Under the pieces are notes generated by a model. The model had not been told where the DNA came from. It saw only the letters and a list, made by a program, of their open reading frames with translations, and did not search any database. Below, piece after piece: positions 48,857 to 57,882 of a DNA stretch of 64,000 nt. Made by a program: the position numbers and the translations under genes. Origin of the DNA: Candidatus Thalassarchaeaceae archaeon (lineage in GTDB: Archaea > Thermoplasmatota > Poseidoniia > Poseidoniales > Thalassarchaeaceae); the NCBI GenBank assembly GCA_030751995.1, contig JASMFB010000001.1, positions 122 to 64,121 of the forward strand, given 5' to 3'. The first letter of the stretch is position 1. Each line of letters begins with the position of its first letter.

Positions 48857-50425
48857 TCACTGCCCCATCCATTGGGGCAATGGGCGATCATAGCCAGCGA
48901 GGCGCAGCCCACTCTGTGCCGCAGTATCATGTTCCAATGCACGCAAGTGCCGCCGATTCAACTTCTCTAGGGCATCAATGCCGAGATCAGTAAGACGGCC
49001 ACGCAAGGTTGCTGCGAATTCAGTCAACCAGGTTTCAACTGCCTCTGCTCGGGCCTTTTGTGTACCCGGTACCCCCTCATCATCTGAGAATGGATTTGCA
49101 CGAATGATTCCACAACCAGCTGCTGCTGCGATTGCCGCATCGTCCGAGGTTGCATCCCATGGTATGTCTAGAATGTGCAATACATCTGCCACACCCGCAT
49201 CGCGGGCGGATAAACCAATCCGTGGCAGCGCAGCTGGGGCGGTCATTCCTGTTCCCGAAGTGAGTCTGACAAGGACGCCATCGAGCGGTTGATCACGAAG
49301 CATTCGATGTAGGTTTGAAATCCGGTCCACCCTTCCTGCTAGAAGTACTGGTTTGTCATCTCCAAGGTGAGAACGAAGACCAGTCAAAAGTGCGAGAATT
49401 TCACCATCATGCAATGGAGGAAGATTCTCCAGGTCGAGAACAATTCCCGCTGCGGGAGATAGTAAACTGTCCGCATCTGCAATATTGGATTCACAGATGC
49501 GAACCAAATCGATTCCGCGTGGGTCGCTATCTACCATACAGGGCTGTTCTGAGAGTAAGGTTCCAGTCAATCCCTTGCCACTTTCAATTTGCAGCATCAC
49601 GGGCAACGGGAATACAATTCCATCATCCTCCTCGCCTCTGGTGATTAATGAGACAACATCAATTGGACTTGATGAATCGATGGGTGTTTCCCCGCTGATG
49701 AGCCCAATTTCTCCGAAATCACCCCACACAGTCTGCATCGGAGGGGTTGAGAGGATTGATCGTTCTTCATCGGCTTCGATTAACACTGCATCTTCGCTTA
49801 CCGAAAGATCGTGTTCCTTGAGCATCCCATTGATTTCTTTGTGTTCGGCCTTTGTGAGTGTACGTTGTTTTGCACCATCTCCTTCAGGCAGGCAACGACC
49901 ATCGACGACAATTCGACCTCCAGTCATGCCTTGTCCCGCATCAGCTTTGCAATCACCAATGACGATTATCGAACCACTTTTCATACCGATTCCAGTTCGG
50001 TGACCTGCATGTCCTCGCACGATTACTGTCCCACCGTCAAGTCCACCACCTGCTTCATCATCGACACTTCCTTGACAGAAGATTCTGCCACCAGTCATGC
50101 CGTGCCCACAACGAACTCCTGCATCCCTTTCAACAACTAGGCGTCCGTCTGAACTGAAGGCCCCGAACCATCCGAGAGTATTCCCTTCTAGTGTGAATGT
50201 CCCCCCTTTACAGCAGGCTGCGGTGAAATCACCGAGGTTTCCCAGTAGGCGCACCCGTGCGCCGTCTGGTAGATGTGAAGCAATGCCGATTTCCCCTTCC
50301 TTGGGTTTGGCATCTCCTTGTGCACCCCACCCGATTTTGATGGCACGGTCAAGTTCAATCGCTTTGGAGAGGTTGTTCAAGAGGTTTCGATTGAGTTTGA
50401 GACTCTTTGCCACGTCATCAACCAT
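48857..50425 (-). CDS. GXGXG (glutamate synthase C-terminal-like) domain fused to a degenerate GltS FMN-binding-like domain
   Basis: Repeated G..M.GG.I.V.G..G beta-helix units. The C-terminus (E...LG...L.R.HLRAL...A..SGL.LAG) resembles archaeal GltB2, but the three-Cys Fe-S motif is absent. Confidence 0.7.
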   Translation of the reverse strand: MVDDVAKSLKLNRNLLNNLSKAIELDRAIKIGWGAQGDAKPKEGEIGIASHLPDGARVRLLGNLGDFTAACCKGGTFTLEGNTLGWFGAFSSDGRLVVERDAGVRCGHGMTGGRIFCQGSVDDEAGGGLDGGTVIVRGHAGHRTGIGMKSGSIIVIGDCKADAGQGMTGGRIVVDGRCLPEGDGAKQRTLTKAEHKEINGMLKEHDLSVSEDAVLIEADEERSILSTPPMQTVWGDFGEIGLISGETPIDSSSPIDVVSLITRGEEDDGIVFPLPVMLQIESGKGLTGTLLSEQPCMVDSDPRGIDLVRICESNIADADSLLSPAAGIVLDLENLPPLHDGEILALLTGLRSHLGDDKPVLLAGRVDRISNLHRMLRDQPLDGVLVRLTSGTGMTAPAALPRIGLSARDAGVADVLHILDIPWDATSDDAAIAAAAGCGIIRANPFSDDEGVPGTQKARAEAVETWLTEFAATLRGRLTDLGIDALEKLNRRHLRALEHDTAAQSGLRLAGYDRPLPQWMGQ

Positions 50426-50586
50426 AGAACACCCTCGCGCCCCTCCGGGGCGCTACCCTCCTTAACCCGAACCCCTGTGAAACGTGGCCAAAACACGATT
50501 CCGGGCTCCCTACGGGAGCACGGGTAGATTCATAGGCAGTCGTCAGAGGCGGCCGAATCATAGGAACAGCAATGTGGGGCCACCGA

Positions 50587-51624
50587 ATGAGCATCAAAGT
50601 AGCAATCAATGGATACGGAACCATCGGCAAGCGTGTTGCGGACGCCGTCGATGCACAAGATGACATGGAAGTTGTTGGAGTCACAAAGACTGGACCATCG
50701 TTCGGTTGCGATCTAGCTGTAAAGAAAGGCTTCCCACTCTATTGCACATTCGATGACGCCGATCGAATTGCACGCTTTGCCGAACAGGGTTACGAATGTT
50801 CAGGCAGCCTCTCAGACCTTCTTGCAATCGCTGACGTTGTCGTCGATTGTTCACCAGGTAAGATGGGAGCAGACAACTTGGCCAAGTATCAGAATGCAGG
50901 AGTCAAGTACATGTTCCAAGGCGGCGAAAAGCACGCATTAACTGGACTCTCTTACACCTCATCTGCAAATCATACAGAGAACCTCAACGCCGAAGGTACC
51001 CGTGTGGTCTCCTGCAACACCACTGGCTTATCTCGTACTCTTGTCCCATTGTACGAACATTGTGGCTCATTGAAAGTGGAGTGTACGATGATTCGCCGAG
51101 CTGCCGACCCGGGTGATTCAAACAAGGGCCCAATCAATGCCATAAAACCGGTTCTGAAAGTTCCTAGCCACCATGGTCCCGATGTGATGACAGTCAAACC
51201 TGAAATTGAAATCAATAGTCTCGCAGTGGCCGTTCCAACGACCATCATGCACGTCCATGCTATCATTGCTGATTTGCCTGAAGGACATGGCCTGACTACC
51301 GAATCAATTCTTGAGATGTGGACCGATACTCCGCGAGTGATTATCATGCACGGATCAGATAACAGAATCACCACAACTGCCGAGGTCATGGAGATGGCTA
51401 GAGACATCGGCCGAAAGTGGGGGGATTTGCACGAGATTTTCGTCTGGGAAGATGGCGTCAAACTCGTCGGTGACCGGCTGTATTATTTCCAAGCAATCCA
51501 CCAAGAAAGTGACGTGATTCCGGAGAATGTGGACTGCATTCGCGCACTGATGGGGACTGAACCAGACTGGCAGACTTCCGTGGCTAAGACAGATGCAGCA
51601 ATTTCGAAGTATTACAACTGCTGA
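50587..51624 (+). CDS. gap: Glyceraldehyde-3-phosphate dehydrogenase, archaeal type II
   Basis: VAINGYGTIGKRVADA, FQGGEK, VVSCNTTGL, RRAADP, SHHGPDV and HQESDVIPEN. Confidence 0.97.
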   Translation: MSIKVAINGYGTIGKRVADAVDAQDDMEVVGVTKTGPSFGCDLAVKKGFPLYCTFDDADRIARFAEQGYECSGSLSDLLAIADVVVDCSPGKMGADNLAKYQNAGVKYMFQGGEKHALTGLSYTSSANHTENLNAEGTRVVSCNTTGLSRTLVPLYEHCGSLKVECTMIRRAADPGDSNKGPINAIKPVLKVPSHHGPDVMTVKPEIEINSLAVAVPTTIMHVHAIIADLPEGHGLTTESILEMWTDTPRVIIMHGSDNRITTTAEVMEMARDIGRKWGDLHEIFVWEDGVKLVGDRLYYFQAIHQESDVIPENVDCIRALMGTEPDWQTSVAKTDAAISKYYNC

Positions 51625-51647
51625 GGGCCATTTATTGTGAATTGTTA

Positions 51648-51676
51648 GACGCCCTACGGGCGTCAACTATCAAAAA
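51648..51676 (+). promoter_or_regulatory. Hairpin gacgccc-TAC-gggcgtc followed by TATA-like ATCAAAAA, 31 nt before the S8 protease ATG
   Basis: The 12-mer tatcaaaaaggg (51668-51679) also occurs at 5377-5388, before the STAND gene. Confidence 0.5.
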
Positions 51677-51699
51677 GGGGCGGGGGGTCGTTCCCTCCC

Positions 51700-54600
51700 A
51701 TGCGTCGCGCCTGGGTTCCGTTCATCCTCGTCGCCCTGATGGTTACAATGCCTTGGGCAACGAGTGTTCCAGTGACATCTGAATCTTCGTTGGAATCCTC
51801 TCTTTGGACGGCCGCAGAAGCGGCTGAGAATTGGTACGAATCCGAGGGTTCCCCTGGTCCTAATGTTGCCATTTCTTCTGGTTCTGGTAAAATCTGGGTT
51901 CAGACTGGTGGTTTTGATCCCCTTTCTGAACAATCCGCAATTCCCCATCATCTGCAAGCCGACGATGACCCGTTCGCAACGGGCTTCATCATCGTGCAAT
52001 TGTATCTTAATGATGGCGTATTGGTGGAATCACTGGCCAAAGGTGTAGGTGCGACTGTCGTAGATACACTTCCCGAAGATGCTTGGATCCTGCGTCTACC
52101 CAGTAATGCATTAGGGCGCAGTACTGCAATTATTCAACTTGCTGATAATGAAAATGTTCGTTGGGTGGGGGCCCAACAACCGGCTTGGCGTCTTGATGTA
52201 GAACTTCATCAGGCGAGCGGATTTGTCGATTTGGACTTGACCTTGGCCCATGATGTCGATACCACTGAAATCGAGGAACATCTGTATATGGCGGGCTCGG
52301 ATTTCGTTCGTTGTGATGCTTATCTTTGTCAAGTCATTGGATTGGATTCTGCATGGTTACCGTCTCTAGCCAGAGATCACCGTCTGTTGTTCATCGAGCA
52401 ACACGATTCAATAGGAATTGTCAACAATTATGCCCGTAGCATCTCAACGATTGATGCTACAGTCAACAACCATAACGGTGGCCTTGATGGTACGGGGGAA
52501 GTTGGCGCACTGTCTGATTCTGGTCTAGATCAAGACCATGGTGACTTCAACAATCGAATCCGTGGCGTATATCACAACTACGGGCCAGATAATTCGGCTG
52601 CCGACACCAATTCTGGACACGGTACCCACGTATCTGGAACCATGCTTGGAGATGGTACTGGCGACTCATCCACTCGCGGCGTTGCTCCTGCTGCAACCTT
52701 CCATTTCTATCAACTTGAACACGACTCCTCAGGTCAGTTAGCACGCTGGGGTTCTCTCTACGATATGTTCCGCGATTCTCAACAGAAGAACGCACACGTC
52801 CAGTCGAACTCATGGGGCGCACAATCCTCGTGGGGACAGTACACTTCTGACTCACGTTCCGCTGATTCTTTCCTTCATGACTACGACGATTTCCTCGTCT
52901 TGTTTGCAGCGGGCAATGAAGGCAGCCAAGGAGCACAATCGATTGCTCCACCTGCTACGGCCAAGAACGTCTTGACTGTTGGCGCCTCTACGACTGGGCG
53001 CCCTGGTACTGCATCGGCAGGTCAAGTTGCTTCATTCTCTAGCATCGGTCCAACCGCCGATGGTCGAATCAAACCCGACATCGTCGCACCCGGCGTCCAA
53101 ATTTGTAGTGCAAGAGCCGAAGAAGCCCAGAATCCCGCTGGCTGGTCCTGTTCTAGCGCACGCCACTCGGGAACCACAACCCCACTTTACATGTCAGCAG
53201 ACGGAACCAGTGCAGCGGCACCGGTTGTGGGTGGTGCCGCCCTACTTGCTCGACAGTTTTTGAGAACCGAACTTTCGATTTCTAATCCAGACAGTGCCCT
53301 CATCAAGGCGATTTTAATCAATGGTGCGCGTGATATCGGCACGGCTAACATCCCGAACATGGATGAGGGCTGGGGTCAACTTGATCTTGAAGAGAGTCTG
53401 TATCCATATGATGGTATCATCGCTAAGAACATCTTCTACGACACATCTCAAACCCTAGCTCCGGGTCTTTCCTATTCCTACAATTATGCTCTGGATGGCG
53501 CATATGGTGTAGACGTCACACTTGTTTGGAACGATCAAGAAGGATCATCTTCTGCATCTCAGTCTGCCGCTCGCCTTGTCAACGACCTCGATTTGACAGT
53601 AACTGCTCCAGACGGTACTGTGTACAAGGGCAATGATTTCGCCAATGGTTTCTCTACCACTGGTGGTTCCAAGGATTCCCTGAACAATGTCGAGCGTGTT
53701 CGTTTGTCTTCGGGCCCGACTGGCGATTGGACAATTACTGTGGCCCACTCTGGTGGCTCGCACCAAGGATACGCTTTGGTCATCTCTGCTGTAGGGAATG
53801 AAAATCCAATCAGCGACATTGCAGTATTCGGTGGGTCGATTTGGGCCAGTCAAACGATGCCATTGGAGAATGATTACGTCCTCTTGAGAATGGCTTGGGT
53901 GAACCAAGCCCCGGCCATCACTACGAGTTACGAAGTCTTAGTTGAAGATATCACAGACAATGTGGTTCTGTGGAGTGGCACGCGTGCGCCTCTTGCAGGA
54001 GGGGCCTCGGATTCATTCTCTTTCCAGAAGCAATTCACGACAACCGGTATCCACACCATTCGTTTGACATTGGATTCAACCAACAATGTTACTGAAATGA
54101 ATGATGAGGTTGATGGGACCAACAACAATATGGCGGAACTGGATTTGAACATCACCGCCATCGGTGTTAGAATAACCCCACATATGCAAGACGGCTCAAT
54201 TCCTGCCGATAATGACGAGGTTGAGGTTGCGCGCAAGCAAACTCTTGATCCATCACTTGGAACTGAAGTTTCTTGGGATTTGACATTGGCGAACGAAGGA
54301 ACAAGCGATGAAGAAGTGGTCCTGGTCGTCACCCCTGTCCAGATGATGGAAGAGGGCGGTGCATTGCAACCTCCCGAAGATGATTGGGAAAAGGTATCTT
54401 CGGCACAGGGACCATTTTCTCTGACATCAGCCGAAGGGGTAGCCAACAGTACCCAAGTGACGGTAACTATGAGGGATTTAGATGCCGATCTGGACGCATT
54501 CAACGGCGCAAGGTACGCATTGCCTGGGACTTATGTTGTAGACATCATCGCCTACTATCGAATGAATCCAACGGTATCACACACGATTCGCTTAGAGGTC

Positions 54601-56511
54601 GAAGTACTCCGTGTAGAGGGCCTAGAAACCATCCTCGCAGGAACCAACAATCTTGGTGCCGTACCCGGGGATTTCGCCTCATTTTCCCTTTCCGTTTTGA
54701 ATACTGGCAACGGCGACACCGTCTATCAGATTTCATGTGAGACACCTAATCGATGGTCCATTGAATTGGGAACTGGGAATTCCTCGACTCTCACACTTGA
54801 GCCCTTGGCCCGCCTCCAATTCATTCCAGTCCCAATTCGTGTACGCGTGCCATACATTGTCAATGGTCTACCTGCAGCTGGGACTGTCGAGGATGTCACA
54901 TGTGTGACTTCTAGTCTTGCAGACCCGACTAAATCCACGACTGAGTCACCAGCAGATGGCGTTGAAGTTTGGATCAGTCGGGCCTTTAGTGCTGATTTGT
55001 ATGATGGAAACGGTGTCCCGTTGGGCCCTTCGGGTTTCATCGATGATATTTCAGTTGAGAACGAGCAACGAATCGAACATACATTGGTGATTGAGAACCG
55101 TGGAAACATCGAGATCGATTTCAGTGTCCGCGCTTCTCCTGCTTTGCCCCAGTGGGATTTGGACATGACAGCAGGATCTCTTGCCGACGACCGATTCCTT
55201 GAATTCACATTGCAACCGGGCACCTCACTAACCATCGACATCGTCATTCTTGTCCCTAACAATTCCAACGATGGAGATACCAATCAAATCGATTTCCGTA
55301 TTGAACTTGAAAACTCTGGATTCCAAGTTAACAGGACCCGATTGATCGTACAAGAAATTGCTGATTTTGCCATTCATCTTCCTGATTCTGGCTCGATTAC
55401 AGCATCAATTGGAGATTATGGATTGGCCGAGATTAATCTAGAGAATATAGGCAATGTTGACTTGCTCTTGAGTTGGTCATTTGGTACCCTTCCTGATGGC
55501 TGGCAGGTCGGTTTCGCATCTACTGCGCCCGGGGGTCTCCTCAATGGTGGGGATGCGAGTGTCACTGTCTCCCTCTCTGTAGCGTCCGGCACGCCTCCGG
55601 GCCCCGGTGAGACATTATCGATTATCATCGATGCCGAGACATTGGACGGCAACACACAATTCCAGAAAGTTGCTGAACTAGGCATCATCGTTGAACCGAG
55701 TCTATGGTTGACATTCGATACAGAAACCCGAATCGAAATTTCCCAAGGCCTACCCACGACTGGAAACCTATCTGTGACAAATTCAGGCAATATTGCTTGC
55801 GATGTCGCCTTGGCAATAGATACTCCCAGCGGCCTCGAAGTCGTTTTGGAAAATGATGCGTTAGTTGCCATGGCGATTGGCGAATCTCGAGTGGTAACCT
55901 TCACCTTGAGCAGTGATGATCTTCGGGGGCTTCACAGTGTCATATTCAGTGGGCAAGCGACACCCCTCACTGGTGAATCGCTACCCTCTGGAAATGATTC
56001 AGCCACTCTTGAGGTGTCAATTTCAGGAGATGGCGAATCCGACGGTATTGCTGGCCTTCTGGAATCTCTCGGTTTGCCACCGTGGACGATTGCCATTCTG
56101 GCCTTGCTCATTGTCGCAATGCTAGGTTTGGCCATACTTCGATTGCGTCGAACCGATCCTACGATTTCCCACGGAGAGGAACTATTGTCCCCCGGGGAAA
56201 TATTGGGTGCACAAGCCAGTCGCCGTGAAGCAGCACTCAACGTAGGTGCTTCTTCTGATAATCAGACCTCGGGTTCAGTCAGTGCAACTGAACTGGCAAC
56301 TGCCCTTTCTCAGAGTAGCCCAGCGTCCTTACCCCCACTTCCAGGCGGCCTCCCTTCCGGAAATCCACCAGCTACAGTACCTCAGGGTCTGCCTCCGGAG
56401 CCGATTGTGAGTGGCCCCCCATTGCCTCCGAGTGGCCTCCCACCAGGGTGGACAATGGATCAATGGAAACACTACGGTCACGAATATCTGAAGCGAACAG
56501 GTCAGCAGTGA
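51700..56511 (+). CDS. Large membrane-anchored S8 serine protease (Kp43-like) with CARDB/Ig domains and a Pro-rich tail
   Basis: Signal peptide. Catalytic motifs DSG, HGTH and GTSAAAP; FAAGNEG; PATAKN; DGRIKPD; LVNDLDL...NNVE. Then Ig repeats, TM and tail PPLPPSGLPPGWTMDQWKHYG. Confidence 0.92.
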   Translation: MRRAWVPFILVALMVTMPWATSVPVTSESSLESSLWTAAEAAENWYESEGSPGPNVAISSGSGKIWVQTGGFDPLSEQSAIPHHLQADDDPFATGFIIVQLYLNDGVLVESLAKGVGATVVDTLPEDAWILRLPSNALGRSTAIIQLADNENVRWVGAQQPAWRLDVELHQASGFVDLDLTLAHDVDTTEIEEHLYMAGSDFVRCDAYLCQVIGLDSAWLPSLARDHRLLFIEQHDSIGIVNNYARSISTIDATVNNHNGGLDGTGEVGALSDSGLDQDHGDFNNRIRGVYHNYGPDNSAADTNSGHGTHVSGTMLGDGTGDSSTRGVAPAATFHFYQLEHDSSGQLARWGSLYDMFRDSQQKNAHVQSNSWGAQSSWGQYTSDSRSADSFLHDYDDFLVLFAAGNEGSQGAQSIAPPATAKNVLTVGASTTGRPGTASAGQVASFSSIGPTADGRIKPDIVAPGVQICSARAEEAQNPAGWSCSSARHSGTTTPLYMSADGTSAAAPVVGGAALLARQFLRTELSISNPDSALIKAILINGARDIGTANIPNMDEGWGQLDLEESLYPYDGIIAKNIFYDTSQTLAPGLSYSYNYALDGAYGVDVTLVWNDQEGSSSASQSAARLVNDLDLTVTAPDGTVYKGNDFANGFSTTGGSKDSLNNVERVRLSSGPTGDWTITVAHSGGSHQGYALVISAVGNENPISDIAVFGGSIWASQTMPLENDYVLLRMAWVNQAPAITTSYEVLVEDITDNVVLWSGTRAPLAGGASDSFSFQKQFTTTGIHTIRLTLDSTNNVTEMNDEVDGTNNNMAELDLNITAIGVRITPHMQDGSIPADNDEVEVARKQTLDPSLGTEVSWDLTLANEGTSDEEVVLVVTPVQMMEEGGALQPPEDDWEKVSSAQGPFSLTSAEGVANSTQVTVTMRDLDADLDAFNGARYALPGTYVVDIIAYYRMNPTVSHTIRLEVEVLRVEGLETILAGTNNLGAVPGDFASFSLSVLNTGNGDTVYQISCETPNRWSIELGTGNSSTLTLEPLARLQFIPVPIRVRVPYIVNGLPAAGTVEDVTCVTSSLADPTKSTTESPADGVEVWISRAFSADLYDGNGVPLGPSGFIDDISVENEQRIEHTLVIENRGNIEIDFSVRASPALPQWDLDMTAGSLADDRFLEFTLQPGTSLTIDIVILVPNNSNDGDTNQIDFRIELENSGFQVNRTRLIVQEIADFAIHLPDSGSITASIGDYGLAEINLENIGNVDLLLSWSFGTLPDGWQVGFASTAPGGLLNGGDASVTVSLSVASGTPPGPGETLSIIIDAETLDGNTQFQKVAELGIIVEPSLWLTFDTETRIEISQGLPTTGNLSVTNSGNIACDVALAIDTPSGLEVVLENDALVAMAIGESRVVTFTLSSDDLRGLHSVIFSGQATPLTGESLPSGNDSATLEVSISGDGESDGIAGLLESLGLPPWTIAILALLIVAMLGLAILRLRRTDPTISHGEELLSPGEILGAQASRREAALNVGASSDNQTSGSVSATELATALSQSSPASLPPLPGGLPSGNPPATVPQGLPPEPIVSGPPLPPSGLPPGWTMDQWKHYGHEYLKRTGQQ

Positions 56512-56544
56512 ACGGGTCCCGTAGGGCTCCGTTCAGTTCAAGAA
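56510..56544 (+). promoter_or_regulatory. Hairpin gaacgggtccc-GTA-gggctccgttc followed by TATA-like TTCAAGAA, 29 nt before adk
   Basis: Seen directly in the sequence; function inferred. Confidence 0.5.
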
Positions 56545-56565
56545 GACCCCATTGTTCGCATCAGC

Positions 56566-57198
56566 ATGGCCTCATCCATCGTGCTGTTTGGACCCCCTGG
56601 GGCTGGCAAAGGAACTCAGGCCGGCAATATCGTCGCAATCACAGGGAAACCACAGGTCTCTACCGGTGATATGTTGCGTGCTGCTTTGGCTGCCGGTACG
56701 GCATTGGGGCATGAGGCCAAAGGATACATGGAATCAGGCCAACTTGTGCCGGATGAAGTCATCATCGGCCTCATTGAGGAGAGATTGACACAGTCCGATG
56801 CATCGGACGGTGTTTTGTTCGATGGATTTCCCCGGACCATTGCTCAAGCTGAGGCTCTTTCTGAAATTGCAGATGTCAGCGTTGTAATTGCAATTGAAGT
56901 GCCCGACAGTCGAATTGTTGCTCGAATCTGTGGCCGTTACACTTGTGCTAACTGCGATGCAGTATATCACGACACATTCAATCCAACTCAAACATCCGGT
57001 ATCTGTGATCATTGTGGACACTCAGAAATGAAGAGACGTGCTGACGATAATGAAGAGACAGTTCGAACTCGGTTGGCAGCATACCATGCTCAAACAGCGC
57101 CTCTCGCAGATTGGTATCGTCATCGTGACTTATTCGTGGCTGTTGATGGGGATCAAGATATTGACAAAGTCAGCCAGTTAATCTCCGCGGTACTCTAG
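56566..57198 (+). CDS. adk: Adenylate kinase (bacterial long type with 4-Cys zinc lid)
   Basis: GPPGAGKGTQA, STGDMLR, LVPDE, DGFPRT, CANC...CDHC and RADD. Confidence 0.97.
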   Translation: MASSIVLFGPPGAGKGTQAGNIVAITGKPQVSTGDMLRAALAAGTALGHEAKGYMESGQLVPDEVIIGLIEERLTQSDASDGVLFDGFPRTIAQAEALSEIADVSVVIAIEVPDSRIVARICGRYTCANCDAVYHDTFNPTQTSGICDHCGHSEMKRRADDNEETVRTRLAAYHAQTAPLADWYRHRDLFVAVDGDQDIDKVSQLISAVL

Positions 57199-57210
57199 GG
57201 AGGCGAATTC

Positions 57211-57552
57211 ATGGCACGTGGACGGCGAGGGCGACCCCGGGCTGCTGGCACGCGACGTCGCCGCGCCACGGAAGCTTCCAAACGCCTAGCGGAAATTCTT
57301 GAGAAGCCATGGTCTCATTCCGATTCAACTGTCGATGAGGCGGCCAAACAAATGTGGTTGATTGGACGACGACATCGTATTGGATTGCACTCAAATCATC
57401 GCATTTGGATTTGCCGTGGTTGCAAATCCCCGCTTCGCCCTGGAATCACCGCTCAAATCAGGATTCGACATGGGTGCCGAATCACTACATGCCAACGGTG
57501 CGGGAGAATTTCACGTCGTGGTCCAAATTTCCCTAGGGAGATGAATGAATGA
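57211..57552 (+). CDS. rnp4: Ribonuclease P protein component 4 (Rpp21)
   Basis: Basic protein with ICRGC..PL.PG...IRI......TCQRCG. It is coupled to yhbY, a conserved archaeal gene order. Confidence 0.85.
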   Translation: MARGRRGRPRAAGTRRRRATEASKRLAEILEKPWSHSDSTVDEAAKQMWLIGRRHRIGLHSNHRIWICRGCKSPLRPGITAQIRIRHGCRITTCQRCGRISRRGPNFPREMNE

Positions 57553-57818
57553 CTGATGTACCAACCCACATCCGAAAAATGGCCCATGATCGAGAATTCA
57601 AGGTCACCATTCGAATCGGACGATCTGGATTATCGGATGCCATGTACGAGGAGTTGGACGCCCAATTGAGTTCACGCAAAGTCGTCAAAGTGAAGATGAA
57701 CAAAGGTCTGATCGAGGAAAGGGCAGACCGTAAAGCAGTTTTTCAAGAAATAGCAGATCGTGTCAATGCAATACTGGTTGATGCGCGCGGCAATGTCGCC
57801 ATTTATTGGCGTTCATAA
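57549..57818 (+). CDS. yhbY: YhbY / CRM-domain RNA-binding protein
   Basis: IRIGRSGL, E...QL....VVKVK and RGNVAIYWR. Confidence 0.9.
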   Translation: MTDVPTHIRKMAHDREFKVTIRIGRSGLSDAMYEELDAQLSSRKVVKVKMNKGLIEERADRKAVFQEIADRVNAILVDARGNVAIYWRS

Positions 57819-57882
57819 TTGGACATTATCGTTCGCGCGCGTACGTATGTGTTGAAGAGTCGTCTCGTGCCGCCACCCTCTA

